Shown piece after piece: positions 39,356 through 48,867 of a DNA stretch of 64,000 nt; the stretch's first letter is position 1, and every line of letters starts with the position of its first letter. This DNA comes from Planctomycetota bacterium. Its GTDB lineage: Bacteria > Planctomycetota > DG-23 > JAZDKG01. The notes beneath the pieces are model-generated. The model was not told where the DNA came from. It did not search any database and was given only the letters and a program-made list of their open reading frames with translations. The stretch spans positions 2,129 to 66,128 of the forward strand of contig JAZDKG010000073.1 of the NCBI GenBank assembly GCA_043803205.1. The letters run 5' to 3'. The position numbers were made by a program, and so were the translations under genes.

Positions 39356-40429
39356 TTATTGCGGCCCCAGCCACATGTACAGGAAGGGGGACCAGGACCG
39401 ACGCTCCCGCGCCTCGGCCTCCCACGGAAAGAGGCGCATCTCGGACCGCGCCGCGAGGAGCATCGCCGCAAGCCCGGGCTTGCGCCAGTATCGGACGACG
39501 GAGGCCTGCGGGGCGCCGGCGAGACGCTTCGCCTCCGCGATCGCGTCCCCCAGGTAGCCGATTCCGTCGATGAGGTGGAGTTCCTTCGCCTGCTCGGCGG
39601 TCAGGATCCGTCCGTCGGCGACTTGCTCGAAGTCCGCCTCCGTCATCTTCCCTTTGCGGCCGCGCATGACGACCTCCTTGAAGCGCCGGAACATGGCCTC
39701 CACGATCTCCTGGATGAGCTTTGTTTCCTCCTCGGTGACGTCGCGCATGGGGGAGAGGATGTCCTTCACGGCCCCGCTCTTGAAGGTGACCTGCTTCACG
39801 CCGGCCCAGTCGGCGAGGCCCTTGTAGTTGAAGCTCGCGATGATCACGCCGATACTCCCCGTGACGGTCGTCGGCTGGGCGATGATGGAATCCGCTCCGG
39901 CGCTGACGTAGTAGCCGCCGGAGGCGGCGATGTCCTTCATCAGCACGACCACCTTACGGCCGCCCCGCTGGAACTCCTCCATCTTCCGGACGAGCTCGTC
40001 GCTGGCGGTGACTCCACCGCCCGGGCTGTTGACCTCGAGGATGAGCGTGCGCACCCGATCATCGGCCGCGGCCTTGCGGAACGCTTCGCTCAGGACCTCG
40101 ACCGGCCCATGATAGGTTCCCCCGTATTCGAAGATCGGCCCCGAGAGGTCGATGACGGCGATGCGGTCGGGATCGACGCGTTTCCCTTCGATGTACGCCT
40201 CGTTGAGGACGGGGCCCGGGCCCATCCCTTCCGTGAGGTACGCGAGGTTGCCGACGATCGCGATCACGATGAACGCGATAAAGCCGATGGACACGATCCG
40301 CCAGAAGATCGACCTGCGGCGGGGCGGAGCGGCCTCGATCACGAGCCGCTGTACCGGCGGGGTCTCGACACGTCCCGGCGTCGGTCCTCCCAGCGGCTCT
40401 TGGGCTTGGCTTGTTCCGTCGGTTTCCAT
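39356..40429 (-). CDS. sppA: Signal peptide peptidase SppA (S49 family, 36K type)
   Basis: S49 blocks (VIDLSGPI, NSPGGGVTASDEL, IAASGGYYVSAGADSIIAQPTTVTGSIGVI). One N-terminal TM helix. ATG 40429 follows the RBS aaagga. The longer track ORF is rejected. Confidence 0.85.
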   Translation of the reverse strand: METDGTSQAQEPLGGPTPGRVETPPVQRLVIEAAPPRRRSIFWRIVSIGFIAFIVIAIVGNLAYLTEGMGPGPVLNEAYIEGKRVDPDRIAVIDLSGPIFEYGGTYHGPVEVLSEAFRKAAADDRVRTLILEVNSPGGGVTASDELVRKMEEFQRGGRKVVVLMKDIAASGGYYVSAGADSIIAQPTTVTGSIGVIIASFNYKGLADWAGVKQVTFKSGAVKDILSPMRDVTEEETKLIQEIVEAMFRRFKEVVMRGRKGKMTEADFEQVADGRILTAEQAKELHLIDGIGYLGDAIAEAKRLAGAPQASVVRYWRKPGLAAMLLAARSEMRLFPWEAEARERRSWSPFLYMWLGPQ

Positions 40430-40440
40430 GGCGTTTTCCT

Positions 40441-40743
40441 TTACCGCTCGGGGGGTTCCTCTTCGCAGGAGCAGGGGATGCGGCGACAGACGGGGCAGCC
40501 TGCGGCGTATTTTCTCGCCACGGCCTCCTCGAGCCTCACCCCCGCGAGGTTCGCTAAGCCGCACAGCCACGCGAAGGCGTCGGCGAACTCTTCGGCTTGG
40601 CCCTCCCCGTCCGACTCGCGCAGGGCCTTGCCGAGCTCTCCGACCTCCTCGACGAACCAGGCGTACGTCCACGCCAGGCCCCTGCGCGTATCCTTGCGCA
40701 GGTAGGTGGCGGCGATCCGGTCCTGAAACGCGCTGATCTCCAC
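40441..40743 (-). CDS. MazG-like nucleotide pyrophosphohydrolase domain protein (small, all-alpha)
   Basis: EISAFQDRIAATYLRKD...WTYAWFVEEVGELGKALRE...AEEFADAFAWLCGLANLAGVRLEEAVARKY matches the MazG/YpjD-like fold. GTG 40743 follows the RBS gggaaggag. Confidence 0.55.
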   Translation of the reverse strand: MEISAFQDRIAATYLRKDTRRGLAWTYAWFVEEVGELGKALRESDGEGQAEEFADAFAWLCGLANLAGVRLEEAVARKYAAGCPVCRRIPCSCEEEPPER

Positions 40744-40925
40744 AGGACGCTCCTTCCCGTTTCCGCGTGCGCACGCATTATAGACGAGGGCCTTCCGGCG
40801 CACAAGGAAGGGCGCCGGTGCGCCCGGGGCTTGGGCGCGGGACCGCAGACCTTGACGGCAGCGGCGCCCGTGGGCCAAAATGCCGTGCCGCACGGGCAAC
40901 GTCGTATCTGGGGAAAGGAACGATC

Positions 40926-42053
40926 TTGACTGCGAAGCAGCGCATTTTAGCGGCGCTCCGGTCGGCTGTGCCCGACGCGGTCCCGGTCACGCTCGGGACG
41001 AGCGAGATGGTGCCCGTCAGGAAGTCGGGCCTCGATTACATTCAGTTCTTCTGGCGCGAGAAGCGCAGCCTCGTGCGGGCCCGCTGCGACACGGAGAAAG
41101 GCTTCGGAGGGGACGTGTTTCTGCATTCGGGCCCCGGCCCGTCCGCGGGCGATCCGGAGGTGACCACCGAAACGCTGAAGGACACGCTCGAAGAGGTCAT
41201 CTACCGGGAGACGATCCACACGCGCAGGGGGGGGCTCTCGAGCGTGCTGCGGATCACGCCCACGGAGTCGATCGCGACGCTTGAGGGCGCGGTGAAGGAC
41301 GCGACGGCCGACCGGGAGAAGGTCCTCGATCTCCTAGCCGATCCCGAGGGCAAGGACTACTCGGACTACGTCTCCGACCACGCGTACGTCGGGGACGCGG
41401 GGCACTGCGGGCTGTGGCTCTCGACCCCGATCGACTGGTGGTCGGGGTTGCGCGGGAGCCCCGAGAAGGCGATCTACGATCTTGCGGACCACCCGGAACT
41501 CATGAAGGACCTCTTCGCCGCATACACGAGGTACGCCGCCGCGCTCATCGCCGATTTCCTCGCGCGTTACCGGGCGATCGCAGACTCGATCGGTCTGGGA
41601 GGAAGCACGACGTCCATGTCGGTTATCTCGCCGGCGCTGCTTCGCGAGCACGCGGTCGGTTTCGTGCGGGCGATCAAGGGGGAGGCGGCGCGCTGCGGCG
41701 TCCCGGTCCAGTACCACATGTGCGGACGCTCACGGGAGGCGATCCCGATCCTCGTGGAGGCCGGGGTGGACGGCATGGACGCCCTCGAATGCCCCCCGAC
41801 GGGGAACGTGGACCTCGCCGAGGTGAAGAGGCTTTTCGGATCGCGCATCTCGCTGCGGGGGAACGTGAACTCGATCACGGTGATGCTGCGCGGGTCGCCC
41901 CGCGACGTCGAGCGGGACGTCCTGCGCTGCATGGAGGCCGCCAAGAAGGGGGGAGGGTATGTCCTGGGAGTGGGGGACCAGGCGCCGTACCATACCCCCG
42001 ATGAGAACCTCGCCGCATTCGTGGAAGCCGGTCGGAGATACGGGAAGTACTAG
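40926..42053 (+). CDS. Uroporphyrinogen decarboxylase (URO-D) family protein (paralog 3)
   Basis: URO-D family C-terminal blocks (HMCGRSREAIPILVEAGVDGMDALE, GGGYVLGVGDQAPYHTP). A TTG start at 40926 follows ggaaagga. The track ORF from 40767 adds an Arg/Gly-rich artefactual N-terminus. Confidence 0.7.
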   Translation: MTAKQRILAALRSAVPDAVPVTLGTSEMVPVRKSGLDYIQFFWREKRSLVRARCDTEKGFGGDVFLHSGPGPSAGDPEVTTETLKDTLEEVIYRETIHTRRGGLSSVLRITPTESIATLEGAVKDATADREKVLDLLADPEGKDYSDYVSDHAYVGDAGHCGLWLSTPIDWWSGLRGSPEKAIYDLADHPELMKDLFAAYTRYAAALIADFLARYRAIADSIGLGGSTTSMSVISPALLREHAVGFVRAIKGEAARCGVPVQYHMCGRSREAIPILVEAGVDGMDALECPPTGNVDLAEVKRLFGSRISLRGNVNSITVMLRGSPRDVERDVLRCMEAAKKGGGYVLGVGDQAPYHTPDENLAAFVEAGRRYGKY

Positions 42054-42136
42054 ATGCCTGACCGACGGGCGTGCGTCTTGCAGGCGCCGGCGCGGCTCTT
42101 ACAATGAGCTTGCCTGAACTCGTGTGGGGGTCGGTC

Positions 42137-43390
42137 ATGAAGCTTCACTGTAACTGCGGCGCCGACTTCGCTCTGCCCGCCCACATGATGGGGCGCCGGC
42201 TGCACTGTCGGGCCTGTCGCGCGCCCCTCGCCTCCCCCGTCATCGATAACCTGCTTGACGCCTGGACGCTCCTGGGGGACATGTCCGACGACACGGTGAC
42301 TTACGAGCGGGAGTGCGTCGCCCGGGAGCTTCCCCTCACCGAGGACGCGCGGGCCGCGGCGATTCTGGCGAAGCTGCTCTGTGACGAGGCCGATGAGGTG
42401 GCGGCGACGGCCGAGACGTCGCTCAGGCGATTCCCCCGCGAGCTTGTCGCGCGACGAGTCGCGGAGACGCTGCAGGGGACGGCGGCGACGCATGCGGGCA
42501 GGCTCTTGGTGGTCTTTGCCCGTCTTCGGCCTCAAGAGGCGGACCGGCAGGCGCTCCAGCGGATCTTCGACGCGGATGCATCGGTGCGGGCGGCGGCGGT
42601 GCGCGTGGTGGGGCTCACCGGCAACCGGGACGCCTCTGAAACCGTGAAGCGGGCCCTCGAGTTCGATGCGCCGATCGTGGCGCTCGCCGCGGCGAGGACG
42701 CTCTGGTCCTTTGACAACCGGATCGGCGCTTCCAAGGTGAAGCGGCTGCTCAAGAGCCACGAGGCGGGGGTGCGCGCCGACGCCGCGCGCACCGTGGGCG
42801 AGCTGGGGTTCCCCCCTTTCCTTGGGCTTCTTAAGCGGCCGGCGCGGGACGCCGACAGCGCCGTACGGAAAGCCGTCGCATCAGCCCTTGCGGGTGCGGC
42901 CGAGCCAGTGGCGCTCTCGATTCTCAAGGGACTCGCGCGGGACGAAGAGGAGGCGGTACGCTCGGCGGCGGCGCGCGCTCTCGGCAAGGGCGCCTCCCCC
43001 AAGGGGCTTAAGATGCTGCTGGATCTCGCTCGCAAGGATCCGTCCGTGCACGTGCGCCGGTCGGCGGCGGAGGCGCTTGCGTTGCGCAAGGATGAAGCGG
43101 CGTCGTCCTTTATCGAGGGCGCCCTCCAGGACGCCGATCCGGGCGTGCGGAGCATCGCCGCGCTTCACGCTGCGGCGACTCCGCGGGCCGGGCTCTACGA
43201 TTTGCTCCGGGAGCTCCTGCGCGCGGATGATCCCTTCGTTAGGCGCAACGCCCTGGTGGCGCTGTCGATCCTCGGGGGGGAGACGCTGCGCCACGAGCTC
43301 GTGCGGAACGCCTCCGATACGGACCCTTCCCCCCGCGCCGCCGCGGCCGCGCTGCTTGCGCGCCGGACTGAGAAGCGTCAATCCTCCTAG
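42137..43390 (+). CDS. HEAT/PBS-lyase repeat protein with N-terminal zinc-ribbon-like Cys cluster
   Basis: N-terminal MKLHCNCGADFALPAHMMGRRLHCRACRAPL. Multiple HEAT-like repeats (VRAAAVRVVGLTGN, VRADAARTVGELG, VRKAVASALAG, VRSAAARALGKG, VRRSAAEALA, VRRNALVALS). Confidence 0.65.
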   Translation: MKLHCNCGADFALPAHMMGRRLHCRACRAPLASPVIDNLLDAWTLLGDMSDDTVTYERECVARELPLTEDARAAAILAKLLCDEADEVAATAETSLRRFPRELVARRVAETLQGTAATHAGRLLVVFARLRPQEADRQALQRIFDADASVRAAAVRVVGLTGNRDASETVKRALEFDAPIVALAAARTLWSFDNRIGASKVKRLLKSHEAGVRADAARTVGELGFPPFLGLLKRPARDADSAVRKAVASALAGAAEPVALSILKGLARDEEEAVRSAAARALGKGASPKGLKMLLDLARKDPSVHVRRSAAEALALRKDEAASSFIEGALQDADPGVRSIAALHAAATPRAGLYDLLRELLRADDPFVRRNALVALSILGGETLRHELVRNASDTDPSPRAAAAALLARRTEKRQSS

Positions 43391-43409
43391 CGCGGGCCCC
43401 TGCGCCGCC

Positions 43410-44387
43410 CTACTCCCCTGTCCACAGAAGCCGCACGTGCGCGCGCTTCTCGAGCTCGCTAAGGTACCTGTCCCTTCGCTCGTTGAACTTTTTCTCGAAG
43501 AGTTTCTCGTAGATCCCCTTCTGCGCTTCCTCGAAGGGGATGATCCCCTCCGGCGTGGTCTCCAGCACCTTCACGAGGTGGCAGCCGATGGAGGATTCGA
43601 TGACGTCGGAGAGCTCGCTCGCCGAAAGGGCGAAGATGCGGTCATCGACCTCTTTGCGGAAGGTCCCTGGGGTGACGTTCTCCCAGACGCCGCCGTCCTG
43701 CGCGTGCGGGCAGCTCGAGTGCATTCGCGCCAACTCCCGCATGTCCGCGCCGCCCTCGATCTCGCGGCGAAGCTCCCGGGCGAAGGCCAGCGCCTGCTCC
43801 TTCCCCCCCTGGCGCTCGGGGGTGATGAGGATGTGGATCATCTTCGCTGCGCGCGGGCGCCTGAACTCGGCGCCGTTCACCTCGTAGTAGCGCAGGAGCT
43901 CCTCCGGGGAGACGGCGACGCGGCTGTAGACGTGTTCGTTGAGAAGGGCGCCGATCAGGATCTCCGTGCGGTATTGCTCGCGCTGATCGTCAAGCGTCTT
44001 TCCCTCACGGGCGAGGGTTTCCCGCAGGGCGGTCATGGACCCGGCCCCGGCGATGTCGTCGCGCAGGCGTCTCCGGACGCGCTCGTCGATCTGATCCGAG
44101 ATCTGTTTCGTGACGAGGCGCTCGGCCTCCTGACGAAGCAGGATCTCGTTCTTCCGGTAGGCCAGCCTCTTGAAGAGAAGGAGGGAGATCCTCTTCTCGA
44201 GCTCATCCCCAACGTAGTTTGCCCGGAGCTCCTGGATCGCCGGCCCGAGGCCTTTGACGAGCTCCGAGTACGTAATGACGACCCCGTTCACCTCCGCGAC
44301 CACCATGCTGGCAGGTCTCTCCTGGGCGGACAGGGGCCGCGCCAGGAGCGCTGATACCGCCAGTATGACGGCGACGAGCCGCGTCAT
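43410..44387 (-). CDS. Peptidyl-prolyl cis-trans isomerase, SurA/PpiC (parvulin) family
   Basis: Signal peptide MTRLVAVILAVSALLARPLSAQE. A SurA-like N-terminal chaperone domain. Parvulin rotamase signature (HILITPE...SSCPHAQDGGVWENVTPGTF...GCHLVKV). Confidence 0.8.
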   Translation of the reverse strand: MTRLVAVILAVSALLARPLSAQERPASMVVAEVNGVVITYSELVKGLGPAIQELRANYVGDELEKRISLLLFKRLAYRKNEILLRQEAERLVTKQISDQIDERVRRRLRDDIAGAGSMTALRETLAREGKTLDDQREQYRTEILIGALLNEHVYSRVAVSPEELLRYYEVNGAEFRRPRAAKMIHILITPERQGGKEQALAFARELRREIEGGADMRELARMHSSCPHAQDGGVWENVTPGTFRKEVDDRIFALSASELSDVIESSIGCHLVKVLETTPEGIIPFEEAQKGIYEKLFEKKFNERRDRYLSELEKRAHVRLLWTGE

Positions 44388-47300
44388 CGTGGTCCTGTTC
44401 CTTCTGGTCCGAAGCCGCGCGTCCCGGAAGACTGCATTCTAGAGCATCCGCCGGCGCTGGCAAGCGCGCGGTGCGCGAATTCCAAGAGCGCGTTTCCGTC
44501 GCGGCGGGCGTCCTCGTCGAGGGGGGTGACGACCGTCCTTTCGTCGACGACTCGAGCGACGACCCCGCCCGCCCGCAACGCCCCCGCCAGCATCTCGGGG
44601 TCGCGGCATTGGAAGCGCAGCATCCCGTCCGCCCGCATGCAGGTCCGCACGCCCCAGCGGGCGGCGCGAATGCGCACCCGGTGTTTCATGACGAGGCGTT
44701 CCACCTCCGCGGGCGGCTGTCCGAAGCGGTCGCGGATCTCCTGTTCGAGCGCGTCGAGGTCCTCGAGCGTCGAAGCGGTTGCCAGCCTCCGGTAGATCTC
44801 CATTCGGAGGCGGTCCGCCGGGATGTAGCTCGCCGTGATGTAGGCGTCCGCCCCGAGGTCCACCGTCACCTCCGCGGTCTCGGGGACCCCGCCGCCGGTG
44901 GGGTCGCGCAGACGGGCCACCGCCCCTTCGAGGAGCCTGCAGTAGAGCTCATATCCGACCGCCGCGATGTGCCCCGACTGCTCGGGGCCCAGCAGGTTCC
45001 CCGCGCCGCGGATCTCGAGGTCCCGCATGGCGATCTTGAACCCGGCCCCCAGTTCACTGTGGTCCGCGATCGCGCGCAGGCGCTTGGCGGCGTCGGGGGT
45101 GACGGGACGGTTCTCGGGGAGCAGCATGTAGGCGTACGCGCGGTGCTTGTAGCGTCCCACGCGGCCGCGGAGCTGATGGAGCTCCGCGAGCCCGAACATG
45201 TCTGCCCGGTCGATGAAGAGCGTGTTGGCTGTCGGGATGTCCAAGCCGTTCTCGATGATCGTCGTCGCCACCAGGACGTCCGCCTCCCGGTTGAGGAAGC
45301 GCATCATGTGTTCCTCGAGGTCGTCCTCGTGCATCTGTCCGTGGGCGACGATGAAGCGCGCCTCCGGGACGATTCCCGCCAGCTCCCTTGCCCTCGCGTC
45401 GATCGTCCGCACGCGGTTGTGCACGAAGAACACCTGGCCGCCCCGCGCGAGCTCCCGAAGCACGGCCTGTCGCACGCGACTTCGGTCGAAGCGGCAGACG
45501 ATCGTCTCGATTGAGAGCCTGTCCTGCGGGGCCGTCGAGAGGGTGGAGATGTCCTTGATGCCGGCGAGCGCTAGGTGCAGCGTCCTGGGGATCGGCGTCG
45601 CGGTGAGGGTGAGGCAGTCCACCATCGTCTCGTCGCGCTTCAGGATCTCCTTGTGTCGGACGCCGAACCGCTGCTCCTCGTCCACGATCACCAGGCCCAA
45701 CGACGCGAAGCCGACGTCCTGCTGAAGGAGCCGGTGCGTGCCGATCACGATGTCGACGCGTCCTTCCGCCAGTCCCGCCAGGATCTCGCGCTCTTGGGCC
45801 GTCGAGCGGAAGCGATCCAGCGCCCGCACTTCAACGGGGTAGTCGGCCAGCCTCTCGAGGAAGGTGCGGACGTGCTGTTCGACGAGGAGGGTCGTGGGCG
45901 CGAGCACGGCCACCTGCTTCCCCGCCTGGGCCGCCTTGAACGCCGCCCGCACCGCGAGCTCGGTCTTGCCGTATCCCACGTCGCCGCAGACCAGGCGGTC
46001 CATCGGGTGGGGAGACTGCATGTCCGTCTTGATCGCCGCCAGCGCATTGAGCTGGTCGGGCGTCTCCTCGTAGAGGAAGGCGGCCTCGAACTCGCGCTGC
46101 CAGTCGGCGTCGGGCGGGTAGGTGATACCGGGGAGCACCGCGCGCCGGGCCTGGACTTCGAGAAGCTCCGCGGCGAGGTCCTTGGCGGCGGCCTCCACCT
46201 GGGCTTTGCGCGCGAGCCACGCCTTGCCCTGAAGCTTCGAGAGAGGGGGCCGTCGCTTCCACCCTCCGACGTACTTGTGCACGAGGTCGATCTGCGAGGC
46301 GCTCACGTAAACGCGGGCGTTATCCGCGAATCGCAGGACGAGGAATTCCTCCTTGCCGCGCGGACCCTCCATGACCTTGAGCCCCTCGTAGATCGCGATC
46401 CCCTTCGTCGTGTGCACCACGGGCTCGCCCGCCGAAAGGTCCAGAAACGAGTCGATGGGCCTCGCCTCGACCGGCCGCCGGGGCTCATAGCGCCGACGGT
46501 ACCGGTGAAACATCTCGTGATGGGCGATCACGGCGAACGCCGGCTCGCGGCTGACGAAGCCCCGGGAGATTCGTCCCAAGACGTGACGGAGCGTGGCGGG
46601 CTCACCTCGTCCGGGCTCGGCGAGAAGCTCGACGAGCCTCCTGCGCTCCCCGACGTTGTTGGCGAAGAGGAAGACCGCGGGGAGCTCGCCGGCGCGGCGG
46701 ACGAGCTCCCGGACCGCCTCGCCGGCGTCGCGCGGAAAATCCTCGACGGCCGCGAAGTCGAAGTCGAAGCTGCGTCCCTCCTCGAAGCGCTCGCGGAAGG
46801 TGCTGAGATAGACCCTGGAGTCGATCCCGGCGCCCTGCGCGTGCAGGATGGTCTCCACGCGGTAGAGTCCACGGGCCTCGCGCACCGTGTCGAGATAGCG
46901 CCTGCCGTGCTCCTCGACCGATGCGGGCTCGACGACGGCGACGGCGCTTCCGGGGGGAAGGAGGCTGGTGAACGGAACGGTCCGAGCGCTTTCCGGCGCG
47001 CGGCCTCCGGAGCCGGAGAGGACGCAGCCCTCGGTCTCGTCTCGGCTCTCCTGCGTCTCCGGATCAAAGAGGCGGATCGACGCGACCTCGTCGCCGAGGA
47101 ACTCGATCCGGTAAGGCTCGCGGGAGGTCGCCGGAAAGACGTCCAGGATCCCGCCCCGGCTAGCGTAGCTCCCGGGGGACTCGGCCACGTCCTCCCGGTC
47201 GAAGGAGTTTTCGGTGAGCCAGGCGGCGACGTCCTCCCTGGGAAGACGTCCGCCCCGTCGCACCACGAGATCGCGTTCCGCCAAGGTCGTCGGATCGCAG

Positions 47301-47707
47301 GCGCCCTGGATGAGCGCGGCGACGCTCGCCACGACGATTGCGCCTGCGGCGAGCTCTCCCCGGCGCAGTCCGTCGACCACCATGAGGCGGTCTCGGACGA
47401 GGTCGTCCACGACGGTGCCTTCCTCCCCCGGAAGCGACTCGAGCTGGGGGTAGAGCTCCACGCGCCCGCCGGCTAAGAGCGCGAGGTCCGAGTGGAGGTC
47501 CTCGGCGGTGTCGAGGTCCGAGGCGACGACGAGGAAGATGCCCCGCGTGCGCTCCGCCAATGAGGCGAGAGCGAGCGCCTGCGACGCCCCCCACAGGCCC
47601 GACAGGTACAGATTCCCTCCGGCTCCAAACGCGTCGAGGGCCCCCTTCGCCGCGCGCGTTTGCAGGAAAAGATCGCGCAACTGGCGCACCGGGCGAGCGC
47701 CGTTCAT
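44384..47707 (-). CDS. mfd: Transcription-repair coupling factor
   Basis: A 1107-aa protein with a UvrB-homology N-terminal domain, an RNAP-interacting domain, DEAD/DEAH helicase motifs (GDVGYGKTE, VVDEEQRFG), and the TRCF C-terminal domain. The stop overlaps the surA-like gene start. Confidence 0.95.
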   Translation of the reverse strand: MNGARPVRQLRDLFLQTRAAKGALDAFGAGGNLYLSGLWGASQALALASLAERTRGIFLVVASDLDTAEDLHSDLALLAGGRVELYPQLESLPGEEGTVVDDLVRDRLMVVDGLRRGELAAGAIVVASVAALIQGACDPTTLAERDLVVRRGGRLPREDVAAWLTENSFDREDVAESPGSYASRGGILDVFPATSREPYRIEFLGDEVASIRLFDPETQESRDETEGCVLSGSGGRAPESARTVPFTSLLPPGSAVAVVEPASVEEHGRRYLDTVREARGLYRVETILHAQGAGIDSRVYLSTFRERFEEGRSFDFDFAAVEDFPRDAGEAVRELVRRAGELPAVFLFANNVGERRRLVELLAEPGRGEPATLRHVLGRISRGFVSREPAFAVIAHHEMFHRYRRRYEPRRPVEARPIDSFLDLSAGEPVVHTTKGIAIYEGLKVMEGPRGKEEFLVLRFADNARVYVSASQIDLVHKYVGGWKRRPPLSKLQGKAWLARKAQVEAAAKDLAAELLEVQARRAVLPGITYPPDADWQREFEAAFLYEETPDQLNALAAIKTDMQSPHPMDRLVCGDVGYGKTELAVRAAFKAAQAGKQVAVLAPTTLLVEQHVRTFLERLADYPVEVRALDRFRSTAQEREILAGLAEGRVDIVIGTHRLLQQDVGFASLGLVIVDEEQRFGVRHKEILKRDETMVDCLTLTATPIPRTLHLALAGIKDISTLSTAPQDRLSIETIVCRFDRSRVRQAVLRELARGGQVFFVHNRVRTIDARARELAGIVPEARFIVAHGQMHEDDLEEHMMRFLNREADVLVATTIIENGLDIPTANTLFIDRADMFGLAELHQLRGRVGRYKHRAYAYMLLPENRPVTPDAAKRLRAIADHSELGAGFKIAMRDLEIRGAGNLLGPEQSGHIAAVGYELYCRLLEGAVARLRDPTGGGVPETAEVTVDLGADAYITASYIPADRLRMEIYRRLATASTLEDLDALEQEIRDRFGQPPAEVERLVMKHRVRIRAARWGVRTCMRADGMLRFQCRDPEMLAGALRAGGVVARVVDERTVVTPLDEDARRDGNALLEFAHRALASAGGCSRMQSSGTRGFGPEGTGPR

Positions 47708-47733
47708 GAAACCGCCTCACAAGACTCCGGCCA

Positions 47734-48009
47734 AGAGCCTGTCCGAATAACGGGGTCGCGCGTTGGGAGCGCCGAGAGGTCGCATGCAAGGCGCGACGAC
47801 GAAGGCGTATCAAGGGGACGATACGTCGAGGAGGAGCAACGCAGCAGGCGGCATCTCGCCGCCCCAACCCTCCGGGCCGCGGGTGGTTGCATCGCATGCC
47901 TGCGTCGCTCGTCGTTGACGTGTCGCTGCGGACACGCCTGCCTCCTCGCTCCTTGGCCTGCTCGCAAGCACCTCGCGGCGCGCGCGGCCCCGTTATTCGG
48001 ATAGGCTCT
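47734..48009. mobile_element. MITE-like element copy B (inverted relative to copy A)
   Basis: Ends agagcctgtccgaataacgggg and, reverse-complemented, agagcctatccgaataacgggg. The internal core gcatgcgatgcaaccacccgcggcccggagggttggggcggcgaga (reverse complement of 47862-47906) is ~95% identical to copy A. It lies in the divergent gap between the mfd start and the DUF502 gene promoter. Confidence 0.6.
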
Positions 48010-48117
48010 GACTCCCCGATTGACGCGACTCGATTATACCGCCCTCGGCCCGCGCTCCCAATCCCTTCCAACGAGGAGCTTGCGGGAGGGGGAAGGCGCC
48101 GACTCGCCGCGCCGGCC

Positions 48118-48146
48118 TTGACGGGCTCAGCAGTCTCCAGTAGGAT
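48118..48146 (+). promoter_or_regulatory. Candidate promoter TTGACG-N17-TAGGAT upstream of the DUF502 gene
   Basis: ttgacg 48118-48123, a 17-nt spacer, then taggat 48141-48146. It is 25 nt upstream of ATG 48171 and immediately downstream of MITE copy B. Confidence 0.35.
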
Positions 48147-48170
48147 CGAACCATCGTACGGAGTCATCGG

Positions 48171-48842
48171 ATGAATCGTCCCGGCGAGTCTGGAAAGTCT
48201 TTCTTCACCCGGTTTCGCGGAAGCGTCCGAAACCGGATTGTCGCGGGACTCCTGATCTTCATCCCGATCGTCGTCACGTATCTGCTGCTCAAGCTCCTGT
48301 ACACGGTGTCGGCAGGGCTCTTTACGCCCCTCGTGCGGTTTCTTGCCCCCTCCCAGCCCAAGGTGGTGCTCGCGCTCATCTCGCTGTTTCTCCTGGCTGC
48401 CATCCTGTACCTCGCCGGGTTGATCGCCGCGCACCTCGTTGGCCGACGGGTCATCGCTTGGGGAGAATCGCTAGTCGCCCGCATCCCGCTCGTCAAGACG
48501 ATCTACTCCTCCGTGAAGCAGGCGGTGGATGCGATCTCGTCCTCCAACCGGATCGCTTTCAAGAAGGTCGTGCTCGTGCAGTACCCCCGCCTGGGAATCC
48601 GCGCCCTCGGATTCGTCAGCCGCATTACGCAAGATCGGGAAGGGAAGATCTTCTATTTGATCTTCGTCCCGACCTCTCCCAATCCGACGACTGGCTTCCT
48701 CCAGATCGTGCCCTGCGACGAGGTCGAAGAAACGTCCATCTCGGTCGAGGAGGCCGTCCAGACCATCGTGTCGGGGGGGATCATCGCCGCGGACATCCTG
48801 AACGCCGCCCCGTCCGTTCCCAGAGACGCGGCGAACCTCTGA
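48171..48842 (+). CDS. DUF502 domain membrane protein
   Basis: Two N-terminal TM helices plus a conserved DUF502 core (IPLVKTIYSSVKQ, VLVQYPRLGIRALGFV). Confidence 0.75.
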   Translation: MNRPGESGKSFFTRFRGSVRNRIVAGLLIFIPIVVTYLLLKLLYTVSAGLFTPLVRFLAPSQPKVVLALISLFLLAAILYLAGLIAAHLVGRRVIAWGESLVARIPLVKTIYSSVKQAVDAISSSNRIAFKKVVLVQYPRLGIRALGFVSRITQDREGKIFYLIFVPTSPNPTTGFLQIVPCDEVEETSISVEEAVQTIVSGGIIAADILNAAPSVPRDAANL

Positions 48843-48867
48843 CCCCCTTGACGCGGCTGGAGGACCG

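Noticed and set aside
42071-42136. An alternative upstream start for the HEAT-repeat protein (MRLAGAGAALTMSLPELVWGSV…).
   Set aside because: There is no RBS, and the extension is hydrophobic/Ala-rich without being a signal peptide. The ATG at 42137 directly precedes the conserved Cys-cluster N-terminus.
44384-44387. A 4-nt ATGA overlap between the mfd stop and the surA-like start. Similar overlaps occur at plsC/ispH and at the sigma/anti-sigma junction.
   Set aside because: This is ordinary translational coupling in operons and not noteworthy in itself.
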